Assembly (NCBI GenBank): GCA_965235115.1
Contig: OZ249444.1
Coordinates: 21,328,001-21,392,000 of the forward strand
Reading direction: 5' to 3'
Origin: Laetmonice hystrix
Taxonomy: Eukaryota
Length of the DNA stretch: 64,000 nt
The translations under genes were made by a program, and so were the position numbers. The notes below the pieces were generated by a model. It did not search any database. It had not been told where the DNA came from and saw only the letters and a program-made list of their open reading frames with translations. How positions within the stretch are numbered: position 1 is the first letter of the stretch; each line of letters starts with the position of its first letter. Shown piece by piece: positions 13,721 through 26,700 of this stretch.

Positions 13721-14608
13721 TCATATTTGGGCTCGAAAATATTTATCAAAAAGGCAGAGTTGTTGAAATATTATTAACTGTATGTTTTCTCTAACCGGCA
13801 ACAGTACATTACCGGCCTGGCTCACTGAGAACTCCTGTGAAATATTTATGACTGATTGAGGTGGGGCGGGAAGCTAATATTTAATGATTCCTCCTCACTT
13901 GCCGCCTTCTCTGGTCTTAGTCATGCATACAAAAAGAGAGATAAACGACTCTTTCTGTCTGAAAGCGGTGAAGGACTGAGGCCGGCCGACTTCAAGACAT
14001 CAAGTGTTGACTGTGGTTTGAATTCAAGAAACCAAGTGAAACAGGGAATGCCAGCTTCATCAGTCTTGTGTGCCACTTCAAGGCTTTGGAAAGGCTAACC
14101 TAAACAAGCAGGCAGGACCGGGAGGAAAAGAATATATGCAGTGGGCAAGTTGATGGAAAAGTTGGCTGGAGGGATTTTAGGTTTGGTCCTCTGTAGTCAA
14201 ACAGTAGAATTGTAACTGTGCTGACAGATGTGTTAGGAGACCAAGGCTGTCATAAAAAAGAAGATCGTTTGTAGGTTCTGTGAGAGTGGAGGAAAAAACA
14301 ACTGTGTGAAAAACTACGAGATACAGTTAAGGCAACTGTCCCCCGGCCGGCGGTGCAACTGTCGCCCCGGCTGGCGGTACTTCACTATAGTGGATGACAC
14401 CGTATATTGCTGATGTGAATGAAAGAGAGTACAAGAAAATTATTATTTACAGGTTTTAAAAACGGAGATTTGCCTTACGAGTCTACATGTCTAGGCTAGA
14501 GTCATCAATAATGTGTTTACCTATAATCGTGTTTCGAGAAGTGTTCAAGTTTTCGCTAAAGGAAAAAGTTGCTTTTTAGTCCCTGTGATAAGTAGGTAAA
14601 GTCGTCCG

Positions 14609-14698
14609 TTCATATTTTTCTGCTTTATTTGTTTCAGGTAAGTGACTCAGCTCAATGCCTTATAAATCTACGATTCCTTATCAGCTATCGTGGTGAGT
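14609..14698 (+). promoter_or_regulatory. Candidate recursive splice site 1 (AG|GT at 14636-14639) with 55-nt cryptic exon 14638-14692
   Basis: ttcatatttttctgctttatttgtttcag|gtaagt, then a second donor tg|gtgagt at 14693. The frame ending in this CAG has a stop just upstream. Confidence 0.55.
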
Positions 14699-15194
14699 AA
14701 ATAGACCTACTTTATGGTGTTATACTGTCACAAGTAAAATGTCGAGGGCAGACACCTGATGTATGAGGTATCAGTGTCTGAAATACCGGGGACGGAATGT
14801 CGTATGGAATATGTATAATTATTATATGTTAAAGATATTTGTCTGATTGGTTTAAAAGATGTTAAACGTCAGTTAACTGTACAGATAATAAACACATGTA
14901 GGCAAATAAATTGCCTCTTATAAAACAGTACCATGTTGACCTTTGAGAGTTCATCCATTTGCAAGTGTTCGGCACTCTCAGGTAAAAACGGGGGTTTCCG
15001 GTCCAGTTGGAGTAATGTGACTGTTGGCTGATAGTTGAAAGGAAGACTAAAACCCTACTTCTTCTTGGCCTTTCTTGTTTCCTCAAAGAGATACAGGATA
15101 CGACTTAATATTTAATAGTTATGGGTCACCTGGGAGGTGAAGCCAGACCCAGGTGTGTGTTGGAAAGATGTGGGAACGGTGAAACGATATCCCC

Positions 15195-16095
15195 GTGGGG
15201 CTGAGTCTGTATGGTATAATGGTGGCCCGGGAGTTGGGTTATACTCTGAGTCTGTATGGTATAATGGTGGCCCAGGACTTGTGCCGGGTAGGCTGGGTGG
15301 GGTGGTCTGAGTCTGTATGGTATAATGGTGGCCCAGGACTTGGGTTATGCTCTGAGACTGTATGGTATAATGGTGGCCCAGGACTTGGGTTATGCTCCGA
15401 GTCTGTATGGTATAATGGTGGCCCAGGACTTGTGCCCGGTAGGCTGGGTGGGGTGGTCTGAGCCTGTATGGTATAATGGTGGCCCAGGACTTGGGTAGGG
15501 TAGGGTAGGGTGGGTGGGGTCTCTGAGTCTGTATGGTATAATGGTGGCCCAGGACATGGGTAGGGTAGGGTGGGTGGGGTGGTCTGAGCCTGTATGGTAT
15601 AATGGTGGTTCAGGACTTGGGGCAATGGGTAGGGTAGGGTGGGTGGGGTCTCTGAGTCTGTATGGTATAATGGTGGCCCAGGACATGGGTAGGGTAGGGT
15701 GGGTGGGGTGGTCTGAGCCTGTATGGTATAATGGTTGCCCAGGACTTGGGTAGGGTAGGGTGGGTGTGGTGGTCTGAGTCTGTATGGTATAATGGTGGTG
15801 CAGGACTTGGGTAGGGTAGGGTGGGTGGGGTGGTCTGAGCCTGTATGGTATAATGGTGGACTGGTGGTCCAGGACATGGGCCGGGTAGGGTGGGGGGGGG
15901 GGGGGGGTCTGAGCCTGTATGGTATATGGTGGACTGGTGGCCCAGGACTTGGGCCGGGTAGGGTGGGTGGGGTGGTCTGAGTCTGTATGGTATATGGTGG
16001 ACTGGTGGTCCAGGACATGGGCCGGGTAGGGTGGGTGGGGTGGTCTGAGTCTGTATGGTATAATGGTGGTGCAGGACTTGGGTAGGGTAGGGTGG
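15195..16095. repeat. Compound G-rich minisatellite, 15 copies of a constant core with variable G-rich spacers
   Basis: Core tctgag(t/c)ctgtatggtataatggtggcccaggacttgggt, followed by (agggt)n-gggtggggtgg spacers; unit about 45-75 bp. Confidence 0.95.
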
Positions 16096-17695
16096 GCGCA
16101 GTGGGTAGATCGAGCTGATAATGTCGAGAATAACATTGGTCGTGAATAGTGTCAATCCTGACGGTGGACTGACTGTCTGACATTGAGCTGTCATCCAGCT
16201 ATCAGTCTGTGTGCTGGGCATACAGATATATCGGTGGGTTTATTATACAGACGACTGTGTATTAAATACATCTACCCCCATCAGTAAGTGGTGAGGGGGG
16301 GGGGGGGGGGTTGCTGAATGCAAATGGGAACCCTTTATTGTTTATGTACACAGATGAATATTTATGATTCCCATTATACTAGTGCACATTTAGAGTCCCT
16401 ATTGCTGAGCATATTCAATTCTCATTGCTAACATATTCATGAATGTTTTATAGTCCCGGGACTCGTGCATATATATTTATAGTGCTCAGTGCTGGTCACA
16501 TGTGAGCTATCTAAAATTTATGGTGCCCTTAGACTAACAAGTGTAATATTATATTATATTCATGGCCCCCTCGGCTGTTACAAACAGTGTTAATGGTTCC
16601 AGAAACTGGCAAGCTATGACCTGGCAGAGTTAATAAAATATCCTTGCTAATTCATTCTCGGATTACGGACTGACTCTGTTCATGAAATGAGCTGACCTAG
16701 CTCATTTGGCAGAGGCTGGTTGTGAGACATGCACGGAATATCAGATGAGCCGGGCGCTAATTGTAGGTGCCACATAGCATGTCGTCTCCGATGGTTATCA
16801 TGACGTGGTATTTAGCTAGGGGCGTCAGCTGTAGCCCACCCAGCAGGGGCAGGAAGCCGGGTGGGTACAGACAGACGCCGGGCTGTGGTGGGACAGGCCT
16901 GCCTAGACTGGGTTACCGAGAATATCGGGGGGATATCTATACATTAGTACCTCATACCAAGTACGTCAATATAAATGACAGTGACAACTCAACATGCAAG
17001 CAGTGAGATTATAGCAGTTCATAATTCCCATCGTTTCAGTGCTGCTATAATGCTATAATATATTCAAAGATTCACAAAAGGCATAAATTTCGAACAAGGG
17101 AACCTCACTCGTAAAATCTTGCTTCCTTTAAAGCTGTCTGCTGGTGTGTGGCATGCCAGGGCTTATTCTTGAGTCTAATCCATGGAAGTCTTTTGCTTAT
17201 TACTGGCCCTATTGTGATCCATTTTGACCACCCTTTTCAGTTGATGGCGACCAATCCTGATTCATTTTGACGGGTCTGACCAGTCTACCAGTTGATAGAA
17301 GCCATTGCTTCATTTAGACCAGTTATCCCAGTTTTTACCGGCCAACTCTGATCCATTTAGACCTGTCTTTCCTATTTTGATGATCCTTCTAGGCCAGTCC
17401 CCTGCTGACTGTCTGACCGTCCAGTAGACTTTTCCCGGAGATCATTGCATGGTTCCAGGACCGAAAGTTCTAGGTAAATAGTGCCTGAGACAGCGTGCGC
17501 CTTGCTTGACATGATAATGATGATACTGAGAGATGGCAGGAATGGTTCCCAGCAATGACAGTAACATGGATTCTCATTGGTTGGCTATCCACAGATACGA
17601 GCAAGGCCCTCAGGCTGGAATATACGACGGCTGTTCGCGGTGTCACCTCCCACGGAATAGCGGCGGATACAAGGCATTGCTGTCTTGTATGCCTG

Positions 17696-18025
17696 AACTC
17701 CCTGTCCGAGCTCCCCGCCTGAGCTCCCTGTCCGAGCGGTCCGCCTGGGCTCTCTGTCCGAGCGGTCCGCCGGGCTCTCTGTCCGATCTCCCCGCCTGAG
17801 CTCCCTGTCCGAGCGGTCCGCCTGGGCTCTCTGTCCGATCTCCCCGCCTGAGCTCCCTGTCCGAGCGGTCCGCCTGGGCTCTCTGTCCGATCTCCCCGCC
17901 TGAGCTCCCTGTCCGAGCGGTCCGCCTGGGCTCTCTGTCCGATCTCCCCGCCTGAGCTCCCTGTCCGAGCGGTCCGCCTGGGCTCTCTGTCCGATCTCCC
18001 TGTCCGATCTCCCCGCCTGAACTCC
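17696..18025. repeat. 52-bp minisatellite made of two alternating 26-bp monomers
   Basis: ctccccgcctgagctccctgtccgag alternating with cggtccgcctgggctctctgtccgat; about 6 dimers. Confidence 0.93.
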
Positions 18026-18984
18026 CGGTGCCACTTCCTACATGAGCTTCTTGTCAGAGAAGGTGGCTAAGAGAAGGTGGCTAAAGTTGATAAATCAGAC
18101 TCCAAGACACGCTTTGAGATAGAGAAAGAGGTTGCTAAAAACTGAATTGGATGGTTTCAAGTGTGTCTATCGTTTATTATCACACAGTGGGAGTAATGGT
18201 ATATTACTGTACAATGGAGGACAGTTATAATTTACAATGTTGTAATTTTTCTTGTATTATAAGGGATAATTGGAGCTCTCCAATATGTTACTCAGGTAGT
18301 TAACAGATTATTGTGAAAGCCTAACTTGATCTTGTGTGACCACTGCTGAGCTATCAGGTGAGATCCAGTGTTGGTGACACGTCGCATCCTTTATGGTGCG
18401 GGTGACGTGTCACTTGATCATGTCACCCTATCCAAGCCGTTTTCACGGAGTATAGCTTCTTCATTAAGCTTCGTATCTTTATGCCAACTGACTTATTACT
18501 TCTCTACATGATGGCTTGCCATGAATCACATCCACCGTGTGCCAGCGCCGCCGAGCCACAGTAACTGCTGACAGGCCTGATATTAAAACAGGAATAAATC
18601 TGCCGGGATACGCTCCTGGTCTGACCTTGATTTATGGGAAGCCATCGAGAGCAAAATCAGCTAACAATACGTGTCATTTACCAGGAGCAGGTTCCATAAA
18701 ACCCACTGTGCACTTCTCCATCGTTTCTGGTTTATATCGTTTACCAATCCGTTGGGCTCCGTATTGTGGTTGCCATGAGGTGACACAGACACAAAGATTT
18801 GGCATGATAGCAGCTTTTTTTCCGAGGGGGGGGGGGGCTGTGAATGGGAGTAGAGATATTTAACATAAAACACTCGATTTGACTTGCATGCTGGCTGTAG
18901 AACCACTGATATTGGCAGAGTGACGTCCTTTATCACTGTGGACAGAGGTCCCAGAGGATGGGCCTTGCATGAATCAAGTGGAAG

Positions 18985-19085
18985 AGAGATGTGGACAAGT
19001 AGAGGCAGGCAAAGAGAGAGGAAGAGAAAGAACAGAGAGAGAAATAATGAGAGGGAGAGAGAAAGAGGGGAGAGAAAGGTGCAGA
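18985..19085. repeat. AG-rich low-complexity tract
   Basis: gagagaggaagagaaagaacagagagagaaataatgagagggagagagaaagaggggagaga. Confidence 0.8.
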
Positions 19086-21289
19086 CAGACTTGAGGAATA
19101 AAAGTATACAGCCTACTCCCAAAAAGGATTTCGGGCTCCGAACTATTCATACTGGTCGTTGATCTCAGAATTACCTACTTCTCTGTAACCGGTCTTTAGT
19201 TTGAACATGGTTCGCTGCTAGAGCATCGGAAAATGAACGCCATCAGATAGGAGGAAGCTCAGACATCGATACCAAACCATGGAAACAGAGATGTATTTAG
19301 ATTTGGTGAGATGATAGAAAAATACTGATATATTGTTACTTTAGACGGCCTTGCGGGCAGGCTTACCGAAATAAATACCCAACAATAACGAAGTCTATCT
19401 GGACGGTGGAGTTCTGTATGCGAGCTCGGCGATTAGGTTGCCAAGACCTGGTTTGGTAGTAACAAGTTTATTTGGCTCTGACCGACTTCAAACTCCCTCA
19501 TTACGTGCCATTAGATACCCAACACGCAACAACCTCCTTCTATTATTAGCCTGTGGAAATATCAAGCGGCCATGTTTACAGTCATTTCACTCTGAAATTG
19601 GAATTGGCACTGGTACTTGGAAGATGCGCTCTAACTGAAAATAAGGCTCGGGGGCGCTTGGAATCGTTGGCAGTATTGTGGATGGGTGTCGTATGATTTT
19701 ATGGAGGGTGTAGGATACAGGGTGTATATCACCCCCCCCCCCCCACCCTCCAAATGTATGGGGGCACAACATTTGGTCTGAGTAGGTCGCCGTGGTCCGT
19801 CGTTACGTGGTGGTCTCAGGCTGGTATTATAATGAGTGTGTGGAACCCCTCGGTAATTTGTCATGATTCTATGTTGAACAGAAATGTCTAATTGAATGCA
19901 GATTGAGCACATTAGAGAGGAAATGGTTGGTTTGTTAATTTAAGATGTGTTTTTCAGAGCAGTCAATGAAGACATGTAAGGAGAGCCCCTGAAGCTGTAA
20001 ATAGTCATTGGTTGACAGCAGTACAGTACACAGCAGTATGTGTAACTCGACATTGTCGAGATGAGAGTCTCTGTAGGTCGCTGGTAGTGAGCCCACTACA
20101 AGTAGACGACTCTCCTCCCAATCCTACAACCACCATGAGTGAGGCAGGTCGTCAATGAGGCTTCAGTCAGGCTTCAGATGGGTACTTTGTATCAGCTAGT
20201 ATTTATAAGAAGCATCCTTTAAAAAAACAAGGCCACAAGTGCTGATTAAAGACATGGTGATAATTATCCATTCTAGGAGTGTGAAAGAGGCATTAATCTT
20301 GATCCAATGACAATATGCGATGAATACTGACGTCAATATTTGACAATGCTCAGCACTGAGCTAGTTTCGTTGAACTTCTGGCTGAGTACTTCAGATGTTC
20401 GACATTCATTCATTTCGCGTGTTCTGCGAAGTAGAACCTCTCAGATTTAGTGAGATTAGTACCAGTAGTAAAACCCTGATCCAGTGAGCAGTGGCTCCTA
20501 ATCCGAGGCCAGCTCATACCGGTGGTAGTGTTGGCTGGGAAACCCTGTGAAAACCATTTGTCCAGACTTCGCTCCGATCCAGGGGCTAATGGCGGTTCAA
20601 TTTGGAGCCAGTATAGCGTAGAAACCCTTTAGAAGTCACCAAAGAAATCCATTTTGATTTCTTTATATTCTAAATAACATTTATTTTCTTTGCCGTGCTG
20701 AGGTATGGTAGAAACATTGAATTGAATTTCTCCAGGTTTCTTTAAGCAAATGGTGGCCGCCCTGGCCAGCTGAATGGGTTTCCTAGTTTATCAGGGCTTG
20801 ATACGTCAGTCACGAACACCTAAAGGTCGCCACGTTTTTTAGGTCGGGATGTGACTTGTGAGCCTAAAGTTAGCGGTGCAGCTTCCTTTTCTTCCCACGG
20901 CACTGACAAGGGTTAATAATAGGTGCCTGAACCGAACGCGATTATACCTGAGTTAAGTGACTGTCCTGAATGATTAACCTGCTTTTTCGCGTTTTAAGGT
21001 CACCTGTGATGTCGTGGCTTAAAATGTCCTGTAGCCAGCGTTTTAGTTTTAAGTCAGCTGTATAAAAAATAAAGCCAGGAAAACAGGGAAAGAGGAGTGT
21101 GCTTTGGGAACATAATGAGCCGGTGGGAAATTAGTACCCGTAGTGAATGTTGATAAAATGTTGTGAGGGGAGTGAGGGTGAGGATAGGGGGTGTGGGGGT
21201 GGGGGGTGGGGAGTGCACAAGATGGGATGGCTTGTGCGCGAACGAGTCCTGGCGGTGGATGAAGGAAGCAGAGGACTCCAAACCTGTCA

Positions 21290-21720
21290 CTTACGGTTCA
21301 CGTCATCATTAGCATTCCTCTCACCCTTAATGGATGGACACCCTTTCTCCATTAAGTGCTCCTTGTGATTTTTTCTGAACAGAAATATCTTTTTTATGAA
21401 CCAGTCATTCCGTTTTCCCGCCGAAGGAGGTGGATGTACTTGTAGAGTGGTTAGCTTTCTCGGGCGTCCTTGAGACATTTGTCGGTACCCAGTCTCGTTA
21501 CGTATAGTATTGTACAGCCTTGACCTTGGCACCCAATGTCGGTGAGTTGATGTTTTAGATTTAGCACCAGGTTGTCGCCTGAAGAATCTCCGAGCAGTTG
21601 TCGTAATCACATGTTAATGGCGTTCAGTCTCTCGATGATTGAAGCATGGATCAGAGCGACCAAAACCACCACAGCGGCTGGGGAGAGAAAAAAACAAACA
21701 GGCACTCCCAGCCAGCAACA
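21290..21720 (-). mobile_element. Decayed Penelope-like RT N-terminal part
   Basis: AAVVVL, LRQLLGD (cf. GAVVVL...RQLSD), PRSRLYNTI...QGRP (cf. PR..RFY.LPKIHK..GRP), CPSIKG (cf. LPSYIKD). Confidence 0.45.
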
Positions 21721-23628
21721 GTTAATAATTGCTGGAGCTTTTCTTACCAGGCAGTGATACGTTGGAGTGATTTGTGAAGAATTCTTGACATTTCAAACGT
21801 GTCCTTGAATATCGTAACAGCCAACTTTACCTCCTGGCAATAGATTAAAGTCGAATAACCCTTAAAGGGACACATCCACTTAGTACGATCAACGATCCTG
21901 TAGCTACGCTGGTAAGAATTTTTTTTTTTGGGGGGGGGGGGGAGAATCTGAATATAATATATCCCTATTCCTACTATACTAGCCCAAAACCTAATACTAC
22001 CCCTTACATTGGGTACCCAAATATCTTATTCCTGCCCCCAGTGCTGCCCCTAACTATGGGAGAATAACCCTTAAAGATGCAACTTAAGAACCCTGTTATC
22101 GCTCTCTGTATGAGTTTGTAAATGGTAAGTCCGCTGGGTTGTGAATCCACAGAGTGCTGACGTCGAGGAGTATTGGAATCTCCATCCCATTGTAGTAATA
22201 GCTGGGTGGTCTAAGACCCAGGCAGTTCAAATGGTGGTATGGCTTGGCTGTGACCCGTCACGGTCTCAGATGGCGGGGAGAGAAACGGTTACCAGATACC
22301 TCAGACCCGCCTACTATTACCCGCCCGTGACGCATGTCGGAATGCCGCCCAGGTTTTTGCATGTCGAGGTATTGTTCAAAGGGAGCCAAGGTACACACAT
22401 CTGTGTGGTGAGGTATAATCAATCTCTCCTCCCAACCCGTGTGTAAGACAGAACAATAGAGCTGGGTTGTGGGTGTTGTTATCAGGTGATCAACCCAAAG
22501 GTCGCCTCGTCCTGAAAGTCGTCAACAGCCATCTGTGTACCTCGGAATTCATGTTGGCCATCAGGGGTTCCGGCAGGATTTCACCTTTTGGGGGGTGGGG
22601 GGGGGGGGGGGGAAGGGGTGGATTTTTATTCGAGAAAGACTCTCAGACAACTTTTGGGGGAGTAACTAGTCTCGGCCCAAAACAATCTTGAAGGAAAACC
22701 TGACCCAATTCTCGACAAGGGTTTGTTCACCCATCACCGAGTTTTAAAACGCCTTTAATTGTCAAGAGTTAACAAGTCAGGATGTTACCAAGGAGCCAGA
22801 CATGTAGAGGGCCCAGCCTTTCCTTAGCCATGCACCATGAAGCAAACTTTGTAAGAAGAGTTATCTCCTAAAATATAGATACCCTCTAGGGCCTCACGAG
22901 GAGTCTGCCCGGGCTCTCCGTGTCTGTCATTTCATTATTGATGACATACCGTGGCAAACAATCGTTTCTTTAGGTATTAAGAGAATCCCAGATGTGCGCT
23001 GAAGATGTCCAAGTTGTTAAGAGATCGATTCCACCACGAAGCAGACACCATTGACTCGGATTTCAGTGTGGGATCTCCTTGGGTTGAATAATTCACCAGG
23101 CCCAGCTGTTCACAAAGCGCACCTGGCGGATGGCCAACCCTCTGATGCATGGCCAGGTGTAAAATAGTCAATCCACACAGGACCTTTAAGAAAGTTTCTC
23201 ACCCCTGTGTATAGACACCCTACCGTTAGAACGATAAATTTAATGTTTTCTATTTTTTTAAGGTGAAGGGGATGTCAACGGGGGCCGATCAGTAATGGGT
23301 GCAGAAAATGACTTTAAACTCAGGGAGGTCCCGGTGGGCGAGGGGTGCGGGGAATCTGTGTGAAACTGATTGATGGAAGGTTAGAAACACGGCAAACAAA
23401 GACAACCAGCCACAACAAAATGTACCCGGTCGTCGTGTTTCCAATGCCAAGTACGAATTCCTCCCCTACGCTTGGAGAAACAAGGCAGTCCGAGTTGGTA
23501 ATGCAAACACATATTTGTGGCAAAGCAAACACCAGCAGGAGGTCGTCGGTCGAGACGAGATATCTTCAGGTATAGAGAGAAAGTTTGGTGGTGTAGGAGT
23601 GAACTATATACGGCTGGGAGCTTCTACA

Positions 23629-24336
23629 GGAATGATTTAGAAAGTGACTGTTTCCCAGTGTAGCCCTGTTAATATCTGCCCCCGGAATGGTTTAGAAAGT
23701 GACTGTTCCCCAGTGTAGCCCTTTTAATATCTGCCCCCGGAATGGTTTAGAAAGTGACTGTTTCCCAGTGTAGCCCTGTTAATATCTGCCCCCGGAATGA
23801 TTTAGAAAGTGGATGTTTCCCAGTGTAGCCCTGTTAATATCTGCCCCGGAATGGTTTAGAAAGTGACTGTTTCCCAGTGTAGCCCTGTTAATATCTGCCC
23901 CCGGAATGGTTTAGAAAGTGACTGTTTCCCAGTGTAGCCCTGTTAATATCTGCCCCCGGAATGATTTAGAAAGTGGATGTTTCCCAGTGTAGCCCTGTTA
24001 ATATCTGCCCCTGGAATGGTTTAGAAAGTGACTGTTTCCCAGTGTAGCCCTGTTAATATCTGCCCCTGGAATGGTTTAGAAAGTGACTGTTTCCCAGTGT
24101 AGCCCTGTTAATATCTGCCCCTGGAATGGTTTAGAAAGTGACTGTTTCCCAGTGTAGCCCTGTTAATATCTGCCCCGGAATGGTTTAGAAAGTGACTGTT
24201 CCCCAGTGTAGCCCTGTTAATATCTGTCCCCGGAATGGTTTAGAAAGTGACTGTTCCCCAGTGTACCCTGTTAATATCTGCCCCCGGAATGGTTTAGAAA
24301 GTGACTGTTCCCCAGTGTAGTCCTGTTAATATCTGT
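23629..24336. repeat. Minisatellite, 55-bp unit, about 13 copies
   Basis: ggaatggtttagaaagtgactgtttcccagtgtagccctgttaatatctgccccc, with 54-bp variants. Confidence 0.97.
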
Positions 24337-24600
24337 GAGTTGGCTTTATGGTGTATGAATACATTTATTTGGTACTCTTGATTTGATGTTATTTTAAATA
24401 AAAGACAAAGTTGATTTATTGCTTTATTGGTTGTAATATCTGGCAATGACACGAAAGATCTGTATAGGCGATGCCAATGCATTGGTCAGTAGGCGATGTG
24501 TATGCATTGAGAACATTGATAGAGTGTAGATAATAGAGAAGGCCTGCTGTCTGATCGGGTCCCGTGTACCGGGACGAGGAGGTGTGTATTAACAAGAAGT

Positions 24601-24631
<31 letters not shown>
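24601..24631 (+). repeat. Pure poly-G tract (31 nt)
   Basis: Longest of many G homopolymers in the window. Confidence 0.9.
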
Positions 24632-24632
<1 letters not shown>

Positions 24633-25947
24633 CTGAACCACATGAAACCAACTCTGATGAACCTGAGGATGGATCCACCACTCCCAGACGGCTCCCGAAG
24701 AGAAGACCAGACAACTCTGGGGGTATCGTCTCATTGAGTCCATTTCACCAGGTCCCCTTGCACATTTTACGTACAGACCAGTACTACCCCCCGCCCCCAC
24801 CCACCCCACCCTCCCCGTACTCTATGAGATATTCCCTGCAAGTCCCACATAATGCCATCCAGTATTGATCGAGGTCTAACTACCGCATATATTTCCATTA
24901 TGGTTATCCCGGCAGGTCGGGAGAAGGACCTGCTGACCTGATGGGGGCCTGGCCAGACCTGATGATAGGTTATTGTTGAGGTCACGGATGGGGTCACGCC
25001 AGGGGGCAGGTCGAGTCCGTGATAATGTATTTGGCGTCTGGCGGTGGAGGGCCAGGAAATGTCGCCGTGAGACCAAGGTGATGTGTCACCAAGGTCACAC
25101 CAACGAGTTCCCGGTTTATCAGCGACGATGGGGGACTAGGGGAACCTTTTTCTAATTCATGTTTTACAAAAACGTCATTCCAGGAGAATAAGAGCGATGT
25201 GATAGTCAATTTGCCACTCGGATTCGGGTGCCATGGCAGAATTACCATCCAGGTTTCGTGTCAAATCTTGTGAACGGAGGTTTGGTGTGCACGACGTTAT
25301 TCGACCATCAATGCTCAACATCTCGCCCCGCACCCTGGCGGCTGTTTCCTGGGACATCCCAACAACAGCTGATGATGGCGGTATCTTTGGTTAGGGGCAT
25401 AAAAAGGGGTTCCCTGTGGGCTTAAAAAAAAGGGTTCCCTATGAACTTAAAAAAGGGGTTCCCGTCCCCTGACCTGAAAGGACCCCTAATAATGTTATCG
25501 GATATTTCATGCATTTTCTCACGGTAGATGCCCTTTTTTTGTAAAATAAAATATAGAACGCGTTTGTAGGGATGGAAATTAGAAACGCCTGTTCCGGGAA
25601 ACGAATGATTATTGCTAGGCCTAGGCGTCCTTCATACCACCGTCATACCATCAAACGGCCGACTCAGGCATCAACCCAACCCCCGGCATCCGACACGAAG
25701 ATCCGTGTAGATCGTTTGTAGCAGCGTTCACCATGCCCCCCCCCCCCTCACAAACCTGGCTGGAGAAACTCTCACCTACCAGTCCAGCCTCCAGAGCTTG
25801 GGGCGCTGGGGGGGGGGGGGGGCTCCCCCTCGGCTCAGCCAAACTCTTCCACGAACTCAAAGAACATGGAAATGCCAACGACGTTTTGAAGGGCGCTTGG
25901 CCAGGTGAACGGCGGAGACATATGTTGGGGCAGGTGTTAAGTGGAAG

Positions 25948-26010
25948 CCCCCCCCCCCCCCCCCCCGGCCCCGACCCCGGCCCCGGCCCCGGCCCCGGCC
26001 CCGGCCCGGG
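25948..26010. repeat. Poly-C run followed by (CCCCGG)n hexamer repeat
   Basis: cccc...ccggccccgaccccggccccggccccggccccggccccggcccggg, i.e. GGGGCC on the - strand. Confidence 0.9.
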
Positions 26011-26049
26011 CTGGAGGTTGTGGTATCGTGACCAAGGCCCCGGCCATGG

Positions 26050-26700
26050 AGTAGGTAGGCTCTCTGACCTGGTGGTATTTGCCAGGGCTGAGCTCCTCAG
26101 AGTAAGAATTGTGTCAGGTTATGTTGGTCAATGGAGAACAGAGAACCAACCACAGCACACCCTCGCCACTAATTCACCAATACATCATCTGGTACAGGCC
26201 CCACTTATGTCTACCTCAGCCTTCAGAAGTAAACACAGACAAACCACAAACTTCACACAGCAACATATCCAGTGAAAGGTCAAGACTGACCTTTTCATAA
26301 ATGTAATATCAAATAGTAATCGTGAACACGGCGGACAACGGGCCAAGAGTAGCCAGATAGAACTCGAATCCTGCCTATTTATTGTAACTAGACACAGAAA
26401 GAGTGGGGGGAGCAGCCAACCACTCCTTTCTCTGAGACTCCCGGGGGAGGCAGACACAGAGAGATTTGCCTGATTTCAGAGTCTGAAAGGCACCATATGA
26501 GTGAGTGAGAGTCGTCGTTCCGTCTTCTTGGCCGTCGTATTGGTTCAATTCTGGTAACATCCATCAATGTCAGGGACACGTAATATGGCCAATAACCAGA
26601 GCGCATCATCGGCTGACACTCCCGCTCGCCGAGTCGACCGTTTGGGGTCGGTGAAGTGGCACCTGGCCGTACCGATAGCATCGACTAGGGCTACGAGCTG
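26050..26700 (-). mobile_element. Decayed Penelope-like RT core fragment
   Basis: LTLMDVT (cf. LVT.DVTSLY) and RCPPCSRLLF (cf. RMAPSYANLF) in successive frames. Confidence 0.35.

Noticed and set aside
15195-16095. CRISPR-like constant repeat plus variable spacer pattern
   Set aside because: Spacers are near-identical G-rich variants rather than unique sequences; no cas genes; eukaryotic context.
15239-16221. Long ORFs (314, 248 and 203 aa) rich in Pro/Thr/His/Tyr
   Set aside because: They are translations of the G-rich minisatellite, with no splice context or domain.
21287-21610. pogo/Tigger DDE transposase reading of YNTIRNETG
   Set aside because: Flanking motifs (AAVVVL, RQLLGD, GRP, PSIK) fit a PLE RT in collinear order better; no DDE spacing or terminal inverted repeats seen.
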